IMG/VR virus record: IMGVR_UViG_3300010052_000223
Span: 1-52,485 of that record
Strand: one strand, 5' to 3'
Source: a virus
Lineage: Duplodnaviria > Caudoviricetes
Length of the DNA: 52,485 nucleotides
Shown here: positions 9,939 to 18,815 of the stretch, piece after piece
Numbering within the stretch: the first letter of the stretch is position 1
How the letters are laid out: each line of letters begins with the position of its first letter
Notes under the pieces: model-generated
Seen by the model: the letters and a program-made list of their open reading frames with translations, nothing else
The model's database searches: none
Told to the model about the DNA's origin: nothing
Made by a program: the position numbers and the translations under genes

Positions 9939-10390
9939 CGGTCGTCGAAGTGCTCCGACACTTGCTCATGGAGCCAATTCACGCCGTGATTGGTATAGAG
10001 CGCGAGCGCGTTCTCGGCGCTGAACGGCGCCTCTTCGTCCAGCTCCGCCACACCGTCGGGGCCCAAGGCGTCGAGCTCCTCCTGAGTAATCGGCCGCAGC
10101 CACCCTTTGGGAATGCCCGACCAACCGGTCGTCGCGACGACGAGAATCTCCGCTTCCCGGTAATCCTGAGCGGCGGCCGAATACGGAACCTTCTTGGTCA
10201 TCTCGCCGACCATGAGGTTGCGCTGCTCGCGCTGCTTGGCGACGACGACCTCGCTATCGCGGCCGAGGAGCGTGATCGTCAGATCCTGCCCCTTCGCATC
10301 CTTCATCGGAACCCGCGTGTCGGGATCCAGGACCGTCATGACGGTGCCGACGGAAGCAGCAGCAGCGAGGTTGCGGGCAGTAAGGCTCAT
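9905..10390 (-). CDS. Tail assembly chaperone G-like
   Basis: Lies between tail tube and tape measure genes; ends RGNVLKALKKA; start at MSLTARN after an AAGGAA RBS. Confidence 0.8.
   Translation of the reverse strand: MSLTARNLAAAASVGTVMTVLDPDTRVPMKDAKGQDLTITLLGRDSEVVVAKQREQRNLMVGEMTKKVPYSAAAQDYREAEILVVATTGWSGIPKGWLRPITQEELDALGPDGVAELDEEAPFSAENALALYTNHGVNWLHEQVSEHFDDRGNVLKALKKA
9932..9938 (-). other. Programmed -1 ribosomal frameshift site G GGA AAC
   Basis: X XXY YYZ heptamer in the correct phase (CGG GGA AAC) near the end of the G ORF. Confidence 0.85.
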
Positions 10391-10481
10391 CTTCGGTTCC
10401 TTCCGAAAAAGCACCCGGGCGCTACCCGGGCTTCAAGTTGGTGGGGTGGATTGTTCTGTTCTGGCCAGCGCGATCAGGCGC

Positions 10482-10967
10482 TTAGGGGCCGGAAACAGAC
10501 TGAGAGAGCTTGTCGACGATGCGACCGCTGATCTCGCAGTTGGCGGTCAGCGTCATCACGTTGTTCGGCCCGCTGCGAGCCACGACGGCCGACATCACAA
10601 GCGCCTTGAAGTACCAGAGGCTGTCGGGGTCGTTGGCATCTGCGGCGTCGGCGGCGTCGGTCTTGAAGGCGTAGAGGAAGCGGGTCCGCTCGGCGGCGAT
10701 GAGCGCCTTCTGACCGAGGTCGAGCGGGTTCCAGGCGACCTGCAACTGCATGGCGCCGGCGTTCCTGATGCCCTTGGCCTTGGTGACGTATTCGTCGTCG
10801 AGGCCTTCGAAAGTGATCAGCGCGGCGTTGGGGCCGAAATCGCCCAGCGAACCGGCGCCGCCGATCTTCTGGTAGGAAAGCGCGGCATAGGCGGTCAGGT
10901 CATCGACGATGCTGTTCTGAGGGCCGATATAGATGCCGGACCCCGCCGCGGCGTGGATGATGGTCAT
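10482..10967 (-). CDS. Major tail (tube) protein
   Basis: KAKGIRNAGAMQLQVAWNPLDLGQKAL and WYFKALVMS tube-protein motifs; position in the tail operon. Confidence 0.85.
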   Translation of the reverse strand: MTIIHAAAGSGIYIGPQNSIVDDLTAYAALSYQKIGGAGSLGDFGPNAALITFEGLDDEYVTKAKGIRNAGAMQLQVAWNPLDLGQKALIAAERTRFLYAFKTDAADAADANDPDSLWYFKALVMSAVVARSGPNNVMTLTANCEISGRIVDKLSQSVSGP

Positions 10968-11051
10968 AGAGGGCTCCATCTGAGGGAATGGCGCGTCTCG
11001 CGACGGGCCGGTTCGGCTTGCCCAAGGCCGGTGTGGGCGAACCTCGGCCGG

Positions 11052-11468
11052 CTATGCCGACCAGGGGATGGTGACTGGGATGCGGACCTCGTGCGGTTCG
11101 ATCAGCGGAGCCGCAGCCCACGCCTGGCCGGTGATTTTGACCCGCGCGCCGCCGTGCTGAAGCGCCAACGCCATCGGGAAGTGCTCCCTGACCAGATCGG
11201 CGATGAGGCCGGGCGCGATGAGGCCATGGTTTTTCGGCCAGACCACGGTGACTTGGAGCAAGCCCTGGTCGAGCCGGCCATCGTCGGCGGTCAACCCTTC
11301 CCACGCGGGGCGGTTCGGAAAGAACTGGACCTCAAGGTACTGGCCGGACTCCGGCGGCTCGAACGTTTCATCGGGCTCGGGCAAGCAGATCGGGAGCGGC
11401 GGCGAGCCTGTCGGGATCGTCGTTGCGCGGGCGAATAGGGCCTGCATGACGTCCGAGCCGCGCGCCAT
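11052..11468 (-). CDS. Tail terminator/completion protein (DUF4128-like)
   Basis: GLLQVTVVWPKNHG and IPVTIPW motifs; upstream of the tube gene. Confidence 0.75.
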   Translation of the reverse strand: MARGSDVMQALFARATTIPTGSPPLPICLPEPDETFEPPESGQYLEVQFFPNRPAWEGLTADDGRLDQGLLQVTVVWPKNHGLIAPGLIADLVREHFPMALALQHGGARVKITGQAWAAAPLIEPHEVRIPVTIPWSA

Positions 11469-11471
11469 CCC

Positions 11472-11915
11472 CTACCCTCCTACTTTCGCCTTCAGTTTCG
11501 CCACATTGGCCTCGACGACCTGCTGCCACTGCTGCGCTGCAAGGGCCACGAAGCGGTCGCCTGGATAGCCTCGCGCGCCGTACTCCCGCGGCCGTGCATA
11601 GCTGGCCGTGTAGACCGCCTCGATAGCGTCGTTGATCTCGGCGCCGGCGATGACGAGCGTGATCGAGCCCATGTCGAAGCTGTATTTCGCCTGGTCGTCA
11701 GGCCGGTCTGTGATCGTGAAATTCGCGCTTCCAATCACAGCCTTCAACGACGCCCGCAGAAAGCCGGTGTCGATCCGCATGTTCCCGCCGGCTCCGCGGG
11801 GTGTCTGCATCACCTCGATCAGGTCCTGGACGCTGGCATTCCGAACCGCGAGCATCCGCGCCTTGGTGTTGACGACGTCGGCGTTGACCTTGGCGAGGTA
11901 CTCGGCCTGGCTCAT
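11472..11915 (-). CDS. HK97 gp10-like tail completion protein
   Basis: Start re-set to MSQAEYL (ATGA overlap); MRIDTGFLRAS and YARPREYG motifs. Confidence 0.75.
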   Translation of the reverse strand: MSQAEYLAKVNADVVNTKARMLAVRNASVQDLIEVMQTPRGAGGNMRIDTGFLRASLKAVIGSANFTITDRPDDQAKYSFDMGSITLVIAGAEINDAIEAVYTASYARPREYGARGYPGDRFVALAAQQWQQVVEANVAKLKAKVGG

Positions 11916-12940
11916 TCGACGTTGGCGAAGAAGTCGATGCGATAGTTGACGTCGCAGCGGCAGCCGATCGTCTCCGACGCGGGAGCTCCGAGGCTGGTGT
12001 CGCCGGGGAAAAGCATGCGAGCGCCGGAGGGGCTGACGAACGGATCGCGGAGCGCAACGGTTTGACCGCTGAGGACGTGGTGAGTGTGGCGCACACGCAA
12101 GTCGGCGGAATCGCGCCAAGTCCGACGGACCGTGTTCTCAACCACCTTCCCTTGGTCGACCGCTTGCAAATAGGCCCGGTATTTCGCGGACTGGAGCGAA
12201 GTCAGCGTCTCCTTGCGCGCGATCGTCTCGCCTCGCAATTGGAGAAGGCGGGCCTCGTACCTGTCGGCGGCCTTACGGGCGATATCAGCCGGCAAGGCCT
12301 CTCCGTCCCGGATCGCCTTGACCACAGAGCGGTCGAAGCGCTTGTCGCGTCGCGTCCTGGTCAGATAGTGCTTCAGGGCCGACGGCTCCGCCGATGCGAG
12401 CTCATCCTTAGCAGTGGCGAGATACCCCGCCTGCTGACTGGTCAGGCCGATGATGCCGCCTTCGCGCTTCCCGGTCGCGGGGTTGACCTTGCCGGCGATC
12501 GCTCGTGCCGCAACGCGTGGGTTTTCCCCGAGCATCATGTTGCGCTCCAAGACCTCGCGGACAGCTTCTCGCTGGTCGTTGATGATCCGGGTCACCAAGC
12601 CCGAGGACTCGTTGCGCAGCCATGCCTCGGCGGCGTCATTGCGGCCGTCGAACCTGAAAACCGCAGCCTTGGGCAGCTTCATGGTGTCGGCGGCGCCCTG
12701 GCCGCCAGCCAGGAAGGTTTCTCGGATCGCCTCGAGCAGATCGTTGAACGCCGCGGTGTCGAGGTTCAGCGCCGCAATGGCGCCGGGGAGGTCGCCCGCC
12801 TCGATGGCCGCAGCCAAAGCCTGGAGGTCAACGCCGTCGCGCAGATCGGCCACGGCGTCCATGAACGCTTTCGCCACCTTCGGCCCATAGCGATCCAACA
12901 GCTCCTGGAAGAGCTGTCCTTGAGCGCCCGTGCCAGCCAT
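11912..12940 (-). CDS. Head morphogenesis (Mu gpF-like) minor capsid protein
   Basis: ETIARKET, W...D.RVRHTH and FPGD...IGCRC motifs. Confidence 0.8.
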   Translation of the reverse strand: MAGTGAQGQLFQELLDRYGPKVAKAFMDAVADLRDGVDLQALAAAIEAGDLPGAIAALNLDTAAFNDLLEAIRETFLAGGQGAADTMKLPKAAVFRFDGRNDAAEAWLRNESSGLVTRIINDQREAVREVLERNMMLGENPRVAARAIAGKVNPATGKREGGIIGLTSQQAGYLATAKDELASAEPSALKHYLTRTRRDKRFDRSVVKAIRDGEALPADIARKAADRYEARLLQLRGETIARKETLTSLQSAKYRAYLQAVDQGKVVENTVRRTWRDSADLRVRHTHHVLSGQTVALRDPFVSPSGARMLFPGDTSLGAPASETIGCRCDVNYRIDFFANVE

Positions 12941-12944
12941 CTGA

Positions 12945-13157
12945 CTAGGGTTCGAGGATCTGCCGGACGTGAACCGCCGCGGCCGTCATGTGATCTAGGT
13001 AGGCGTCGAGGATGTCGTGGGTTTCCTGACGCATAGCAGCCAGGGTCTCGGGCGACGCCTTCCGAATGGTGGCGGCCTGGATCGACGACCCCTTGGCGAT
13101 GATGTCCTGCAGGGCAGCGTGGGCCAGCGCACGCTCCTTCAAATGCTCACCGGCCAT
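12945..13157 (-). CDS. Hypothetical protein, 70 aa
   Basis: Fills the gap in operon orientation; GGGGGA upstream. Confidence 0.55.
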   Translation of the reverse strand: MAGEHLKERALAHAALQDIIAKGSSIQAATIRKASPETLAAMRQETHDILDAYLDHMTAAAVHVRQILEP

Positions 13158-13301
13158 ATGATGCAGTCCCCCTGGCGAGCGGCCTGGACAAGAGGATTAG
13201 CGCCATCCCGAATCCGGCAAGGACACAGGCCACCGGCCCGCCTATGCCGAGAGCGACGAAATGCAGGCCAAATCCCATTGCCACGAAACGTGCCTCGGTC
13301 A

Positions 13302-13619
13302 TCACTTCCTCGCCTGGACCTCGAAGAAGACCACGATACCCGCGGGCGCGAACGGCTTCACCTGGACAATTGCATGCCCAGTCCCGTCTATCTTGAGCCG
13401 GTCGGACGGCTTCGGTGTGATCTCAAGTCCGCCGGCCGCGACTAGGACCCGCTTATCGGTCGCCTGAATCCGCGTCCCGTCGACCTCCCGGTTCGCATAG
13501 TCGAGCACGACCACAGTCGCCGGGTGGTCTGTGGCGCCGCGCGTCAGGATCGCTGCTTGGCCGAACTCTTCAATCAGCTCGTCAGCGTCCGCCTGGTCGG
13601 CGAGGTAGTCGTTGGTCAC
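13302..13619 (-). CDS. Head-closure/head-tail adaptor protein
   Basis: VDGTRIQATDKRVLV and IVVFFEVQAR motifs; position in the neck module. Confidence 0.75.
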   Translation of the reverse strand: MTNDYLADQADADELIEEFGQAAILTRGATDHPATVVVLDYANREVDGTRIQATDKRVLVAAGGLEITPKPSDRLKIDGTGHAIVQVKPFAPAGIVVFFEVQARK

Positions 13620-14176
13620 CCGCGCACCGCCGTTCCGACGAGGGCATTCCCGCCGGCGCTTCGCAGCAGCGGGGCCAGAACATCGCGGATCACGGTTAGC
13701 ACTGGCCGCATCGGCATCGACGAGGGGGCGAAATACTCCTTCCGGAGCGGCCCCACAGCCTTCGACTTGATCTGCTCTCCGCCGTCATAGATAGGCGACA
13801 GCACCCCGGGCTTGCGTAGTTCGGCGTAGGAGGCCTCACAGGTCGCGGCTTTCACCTCCACCGGGATCTCGTTGTCCGGAATGAGGTAGCCCTCTGCGTC
13901 GTAGAACTCGGCCTGGGGCCAAGCCAACGCCTGATCGCGGCCATGCGTGCGGCGGCCGCGCCAGGGCATCGCGTTCGAGACGTACGTGGTGCCGCGGCGG
14001 ATCGCCGGCTCGATCAGCTCGTCGCCGAAACCCGTGAGGGAGTATCCACGCGCCTCGCAGTAGCTCTTGAAGACCGAGAGGTCGACCAGGGCATCCGCAT
14101 CCGGCTTTCCGGTGCCGTCTTCAACAACCAGCGACAATGACGTGCCTCCGGACTGAAGGATCAGAAGCAGGGACAT
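13616..14176 (-). CDS. Head-tail connector protein (VEDGTG-type; often labelled DnaT-like)
   Basis: LVVEDGTG, QALAWP and IPVEVKAATCE motifs; alternative TTG start at 14137 has a GGAGG RBS. Confidence 0.75.
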   Translation of the reverse strand: MSLLLILQSGGTSLSLVVEDGTGKPDADALVDLSVFKSYCEARGYSLTGFGDELIEPAIRRGTTYVSNAMPWRGRRTHGRDQALAWPQAEFYDAEGYLIPDNEIPVEVKAATCEASYAELRKPGVLSPIYDGGEQIKSKAVGPLRKEYFAPSSMPMRPVLTVIRDVLAPLLRSAGGNALVGTAVRG

Positions 14177-14571
14177 CAGGCGGCCAAACCGCGCGTTTTG
14201 GTCCAAGCGTGCCAGAGAGATTGGAAGATCGCCTGCATGGAATAGGCCTCGAATTCAATCGAGGGGGCCTTCTCTTCCATCTCGTCGCGCACGGCCTGCC
14301 AGACATGCGTGGCCTCGTGCACCATCAGGCCAAGCACTTCGATCTGCGAATGCCGCTTTTCAGCGCCGTCTTCGATGGTAACGATGAGGCAGACCTTGCT
14401 GTCCTTCGCGAAGGTGGTGCAGCGACCGGCGGTCCCTGTCGGGTAGGGCTCGCCGACACAACCCATCTTCTCCATCTCACGCTTCCAGGCCCGCTCGTTC
14501 GGACAGAAGCCGAAATAGACCGGCTGCCAGCCTCGGTCGCACCACGCGACCCGATCCTTTCGCTTCCCCAC
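14176..14571 (-). CDS. Hypothetical protein with HExxH zincin-like motif
   Basis: VHEATHVW...EFEAY; coupled to both neighbours. Confidence 0.65.
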   Translation of the reverse strand: MGKRKDRVAWCDRGWQPVYFGFCPNERAWKREMEKMGCVGEPYPTGTAGRCTTFAKDSKVCLIVTIEDGAEKRHSQIEVLGLMVHEATHVWQAVRDEMEEKAPSIEFEAYSMQAIFQSLWHAWTKTRGLAA

Positions 14572-14753
14572 TACCGCCCCCTTTTGCGGCGCTCTTCCCT
14601 CCGCAGGAGCGCCAACTCGGTGACCCCTGCCGAGGAATGGAAGTTGACACCCATAGCGGTCAGGTCGGCGTTGATCTCGCGGCGCGAGAGGTCGTTGCCG
14701 GCTGGATGCGGCGTGTCGACCTCATGGACATACCGCACACTGCGCGGTTTCAT
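14571..14753 (-). CDS. Small hypothetical protein, 60 aa
   Basis: Abuts both neighbours in operon orientation. Confidence 0.5.
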   Translation of the reverse strand: MKPRSVRYVHEVDTPHPAGNDLSRREINADLTAMGVNFHSSAGVTELALLRREERRKRGR

Positions 14754-15293
14754 TTAAGGCACTGCCTCCTCGGGCGGCGAGGTATCGCTCTCGCCTTCCG
14801 CTTTGGCCGGCTCAATTTGCTCGCCCACGCCACCAGCAGCCTCGGCGGCCGCGCCGTCCTCCGAAGCAGATCGGCGCGTCAGTTCGGCCTCGATTGCCAG
14901 CGTCGCATCGGCCTTGTTGCGAACCGGGGTGTCGGCGAACACGGCGGCCAGACCGCGCAAGGTGAGGCCGGCGTCGGTCGGCTTCGACCAGGGCAGGCTG
15001 GCCCAGTCATCGGGAATGTAGACCTTGGCGCGCTCGGCCGGGTCGGCGATGGTCGGGACCAGGGAGGCCGGCGGGCCCGACGAAGCCGTCACGGAAGCGG
15101 AGCCGTCCTCGATCACCTCGACCTCGACATCGAGCGCCTGGTAGTCGGCGACGATCTTCGGCCAGTCGCCGACGACGATGACCTTGGTCACTCCCTGCCG
15201 CGGGGTGGAATAGAACCGCGGGTTCGCGTATGCGCGGCCGGGCACGAAATCCGTGCTTTGGCGGGAGTAGATCAGCTCGAAAGGCTTGGTCAT
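14754..15293 (-). CDS. Capsid-associated hypothetical protein
   Basis: Directly downstream of the capsid gene; AGGAG RBS. Confidence 0.7.
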   Translation of the reverse strand: MTKPFELIYSRQSTDFVPGRAYANPRFYSTPRQGVTKVIVVGDWPKIVADYQALDVEVEVIEDGSASVTASSGPPASLVPTIADPAERAKVYIPDDWASLPWSKPTDAGLTLRGLAAVFADTPVRNKADATLAIEAELTRRSASEDGAAAEAAGGVGEQIEPAKAEGESDTSPPEEAVP

Positions 15294-15350
15294 CGGCGTC
15301 TCCTGCCATTGGCCGGAGGAGTCCCCTCCCCCGGCGCAGGCGGTTGAGGG

Positions 15351-16337
15351 TTAGGACTGGGTCGCGTCGCCGATGGCGATCACACCAGCGGTGTGCTTGA
15401 TCGACGTCGCCGTCTTGTCCCAGTTGGAACCGGTGGCGAGTTCCGCGTCGGTCGGGGACTTGCCGCCGTTGGCGGTGTCCCAGGTGTAGCCCTTCAGCGC
15501 GAGGCCGAAGGTGTAGTCGACCTGCAGGGTGGTCTCGATCCGCTCCTTGCCGTTGGTGGTGGAGACGTTCGAGATCACATCGCCGCTGTCGTAGACGGTC
15601 GCGGCGCCCTCGACGAGCGACAGCACCTTCTCGAGGTCGTCGCCCGGGGACTTGTCTTCGAACAGCGCCGGCGCGTCGGTGACGATGACCGCCTTGCCGA
15701 GGATGTCGATGACGGTGACGTTACGCGCCTCGAACAGGTGATTGGCGTTGGTGAGATTCTGACCAATCAGCTTGTGGAAGACGCTACCGGTCATGACCTC
15801 GGCCACGAGGCTTGCCGACATGTCGCCGAACTTGGCGTGCGAGCCGTTGATGGCGCGATAGCTGACCCCGCCACCCGGGCTGGTCGCCGAGACGTTGTTG
15901 GTCGCGGCCGCTTGGGCGGAGATTGCAGCGACGAGCGCGGCGATGGCAGTGTTCAGCTGGTCGGCCAGGAGGGCCTCGGCGAAGTTTCGCGAGGCCACCT
16001 CGATGCCTTCGGCCGTCGGCTTCTGCAGCCAGGTCATCTGACCCGGCTCGAACCGGATCGGGCCGAACCCGCCGGCGACCTTCACGCCCGAGGCCTTCAG
16101 CTGGGTCAGGTCGGTGACGTTCGCCGCGTTGTTGGTGGCGTAGCGGTCGACGCGGCGCTGAGCCGAGTGGATCGAGGCGTAGAACGACTCTTGGAGGAAG
16201 TCGCCGTCGAAGCCTTGAGTGGTGAGGCGGATCGCGCCAGCCGACGCTTCGTTGAACTTGTCGATCATCTGCGCCAGCGTCTCGATGGTCGCCGGCATGA
16301 TGTATTCGTTGAACACCTGCATGTGGGACAGGGACAT
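15351..16337 (-). CDS. Major capsid protein
   Basis: 328 aa after the scaffold gene; FNEASAGAIRL, LKGYTWD...GGKSPTDAELATGSNW and KHTAGV motifs. Confidence 0.9.
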   Translation of the reverse strand: MSLSHMQVFNEYIMPATIETLAQMIDKFNEASAGAIRLTTQGFDGDFLQESFYASIHSAQRRVDRYATNNAANVTDLTQLKASGVKVAGGFGPIRFEPGQMTWLQKPTAEGIEVASRNFAEALLADQLNTAIAALVAAISAQAAATNNVSATSPGGGVSYRAINGSHAKFGDMSASLVAEVMTGSVFHKLIGQNLTNANHLFEARNVTVIDILGKAVIVTDAPALFEDKSPGDDLEKVLSLVEGAATVYDSGDVISNVSTTNGKERIETTLQVDYTFGLALKGYTWDTANGGKSPTDAELATGSNWDKTATSIKHTAGVIAIGDATQS

Positions 16338-16449
16338 GATCTTACCCTTTGCTCTCTGACTGTGGGTTTCTCGGGAGTTGCGCGGGGCTTCCCGCCCCGC
16401 CTGGTCGGCTGGCCCTCATCCCGAGAAACCAGACGTCTTCTCGACCGCT

Positions 16450-17250
16450 CTAGGCGGCCGGGAGCTTGAACTTCGCTGCGATGGCGGCGCGGCGCTCCTC
16501 GCGCGAGCCGCCCATATCGCCCTTGGTCTGCCCGCCGCGCTCGCTGTCGACCTGCTTGCCGGTGCCGGATTGGCCATCGCCGTCGAAGGCGCGACCGTAG
16601 CGTTCCGACGAGCGCATCTCGCCGATCAGGTCGGCGATCGACATGGGCTCGGCCTTGCCGTTGACCCGGGTGTTTCCGTCCTTGTCGATGACCTCGACCG
16701 AAAACTTGCCGTCCTGGCCTTCCTTCACGCGGGTCTGGCCCTGGACATGCGGCAGCAATAGCTCGACAGAACCCTTCGCCTCGGCGATGGCGGCAGTGGC
16801 GACGCTGTCGATGAGAAGGCTGCTGACGGTGCTGGTGAGTTTCCCGATCCGGTCGTCGCGGCCGCCGAGCTCGGTTTTATGGCTCTCCAGAAGCTGGGTC
16901 TTCAGGCTCTCGAACTTGGCGTTCGCCAGCTGGTCGGCCTGGTTCTTGGGGTCGATCGCCTTCAGGCTCTCCAACTCCTCGAGCGACTGAAGGACCTTGG
17001 CCGGGTCCATGGCCTTGCCTTCACGATCGACGAACTTGGACAGGGCGGTGCTCGCGGTCTGCGCGGCAGTACGCTCACGCCCCAGAGCAGTCTTCAGACC
17101 GCCGACGTCCTCGAGGTTCCAGCCCCCGACGGCTTCGACGGCGAGCACAAACTTCCCCTCAGCGCCTTCGTCCTTTGTGCCGGCGCGGTAGTGCTCGCGC
17201 ATGGTCTCGGGCGCGTCGTCCAGCTTTTCGATGATGGCCTTGATCGCCAT
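16450..17250 (-). CDS. Capsid scaffolding protein
   Basis: Start re-set to MAIKAIIEKLDDAPETMREHY (GGAAGGAA RBS); charged, coiled-coil-like; directly upstream of the capsid gene. Confidence 0.8.
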   Translation of the reverse strand: MAIKAIIEKLDDAPETMREHYRAGTKDEGAEGKFVLAVEAVGGWNLEDVGGLKTALGRERTAAQTASTALSKFVDREGKAMDPAKVLQSLEELESLKAIDPKNQADQLANAKFESLKTQLLESHKTELGGRDDRIGKLTSTVSSLLIDSVATAAIAEAKGSVELLLPHVQGQTRVKEGQDGKFSVEVIDKDGNTRVNGKAEPMSIADLIGEMRSSERYGRAFDGDGQSGTGKQVDSERGGQTKGDMGGSREERRAAIAAKFKLPAA

Positions 17251-17332
17251 AGGTCTTTCCTTCCGTCCCGGAGAGGTGCGCTTCCCGCGCGGTGATGGCC
17301 CGAAGGTCCCCTTCGGCGCCGAAACTGATGGG

Positions 17333-17890
17333 TTAGGCTGCGAGCCAGTCGGTCGTAGGCGCCCCGAGCAGATGCTGGGTCCAGCCGGACATTGATCGGG
17401 CCCGATCCCGGATTGCCGGTAGGGCCTGCTTCCAGCCCAGCTGGTGGGCGCCTGCGCCCGTCCAAGGCGCCGCATCGAAGAAGTGCCCCGTGACAGGCGC
17501 CATCGGGATTCCGCAGAGCAAGGCACAGTCGAAGCCGAGGTCGGTCAGCGCCACCTTCAGCGCGAACAGGCCCGACGAACCGGTGTCGGACTGGCCAGGG
17601 AAGCGCATTTCGACAAGTTCCACGTCCCGGCCAGGGGCGCCCCTCCGGCTGCTCGCGGCCTCATGGTGCCCGAAGACTCTCAGAGGCCGCTCCTGGCCGC
17701 ACTGGGCGCGCCTGGCGAGCCATAGAGGCCACTTCTCAGGGTGCAGGCTCACTGCAGCGTCGATTGGGCCCGGCCAGAACGCGGTGGCGTCGTTGCAGGT
17801 GACGACCCCGTGGAATTCACCGAGGTCCAAGGCAGCTTCGACATCGTCCCAGAGACACCCGGCGCCGCCGAGCACCAGCGCGGTCCTCAC
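17333..17890 (-). CDS. Putative glycosyltransferase-like protein (GT29/Maf/MptE-like Rossmannoid fold)
   Basis: ALVLGGAGCL...VVTCND...SSGLFALKVAL.LGFD.ALLCGIPM pattern; GTG start overlaps the upstream stop. Confidence 0.6.
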   Translation of the reverse strand: MRTALVLGGAGCLWDDVEAALDLGEFHGVVTCNDATAFWPGPIDAAVSLHPEKWPLWLARRAQCGQERPLRVFGHHEAASSRRGAPGRDVELVEMRFPGQSDTGSSGLFALKVALTDLGFDCALLCGIPMAPVTGHFFDAAPWTGAGAHQLGWKQALPAIRDRARSMSGWTQHLLGAPTTDWLAA

Positions 17891-18501
17891 CGCCAATGCT
17901 CTAGGATCGGGTGGCCGGACGGCAGTTCGTGCGGTTTTTCTCGACCGTGGAAGTAGCAGATGCGGGTGTCGCCCAGGCCTTGGCCGCGGACCGCGCCCTT
18001 GTAGCTCTGCACCTGCCCAGGGAAGACGTCGTCGATGAAGACGTGTGGTTCCGCCCTCACCTGTTCCATGTCGTCAGCCCGCTTCGGCGCAGTCGCGACG
18101 TGACCCATCCCCCGTGGGACCAGCGCCACCCCATTGCAGGCCCGCTGCGGCGCGTAGGGATCGCGCGGGAGGGCAAAGGGCATGTCGTCCCGGCAATAGG
18201 CCGCCAGGTGGTCGATGTTGCCCGTCACGACAGTGTCCAGGCCCACCAGGATCATCGGTACGCCCATTTCATAGGGCTGGATGCAGTCGATGTAGCTGGG
18301 TCGGGCTGAGGCGATCTGGCGTTGGCCGATCGGCTCGGCGAATGACCGCGGACGGTCGACGTAGCAGACGAACTGAAAGGGCTGCGTCAGGTTGCGGGCG
18401 AACCCGCGATAGAGCTTCTCGACCCAGGTCTCATCGTACATCGCCGAGAACGACCTGCTCTGGCTATTGGCCTGCCAAAACAGCGTGGCGACGGTGATCA
18501 C
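17887..18501 (-). CDS. Putative GT-A fold glycosyltransferase
   Basis: WVEKLYRGFARNL, FVCYVD, LDTVVTGNID and ICYFHGREKP motifs; the DxD is degenerate (GLD). Confidence 0.7.
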   Translation of the reverse strand: MITVATLFWQANSQSRSFSAMYDETWVEKLYRGFARNLTQPFQFVCYVDRPRSFAEPIGQRQIASARPSYIDCIQPYEMGVPMILVGLDTVVTGNIDHLAAYCRDDMPFALPRDPYAPQRACNGVALVPRGMGHVATAPKRADDMEQVRAEPHVFIDDVFPGQVQSYKGAVRGQGLGDTRICYFHGREKPHELPSGHPILEHWR

Positions 18502-18815
18502 GAGACAGATCGCGTCGGGCGCGCTTCGAGGCCGCGCATCAACACCCCTTCAAGATAGAGCAGTTCACAGGGCCACGGCGCGCGCGCCCCCTTCTGCTCA
18601 TTGCAGCGCTGATGGGCCAGCAGCTTGTTTCGATGCAAGCCGTAACCGGCCGAACGTGGGCGCACATGATCGAGGGTTGGGAAGCCCTCTCGGTTCCGGC
18701 GTCGACGATCTGGGGTCCCAGCCGGAAAAGGCGTCTCAAACCGCTCGCCGCACAGGTAGCAGCAGTTTCGCTGAAGCTTGCGCAACCGCTTGGTTTGCAC
18801 GCCGTCGGAGATCAT
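18498..18815 (-). CDS. HNH endonuclease
   Basis: CYLCG...TLDHVRPRS.G...AHQRCNEQKG. Confidence 0.8.
   Translation of the reverse strand: MISDGVQTKRLRKLQRNCCYLCGERFETPFPAGTPDRRRRNREGFPTLDHVRPRSAGYGLHRNKLLAHQRCNEQKGARAPWPCELLYLEGVLMRGLEARPTRSVS

Noticed and set aside
5811-16469. Long plus-strand ORFs opposite structural genes (e.g. 5811..6998, 10194..11438, 12062..13036, 15393..16469)
   Set aside because: Antisense shadows expected from high-GC codon bias; no motifs or RBS, and fully opposite well-supported genes
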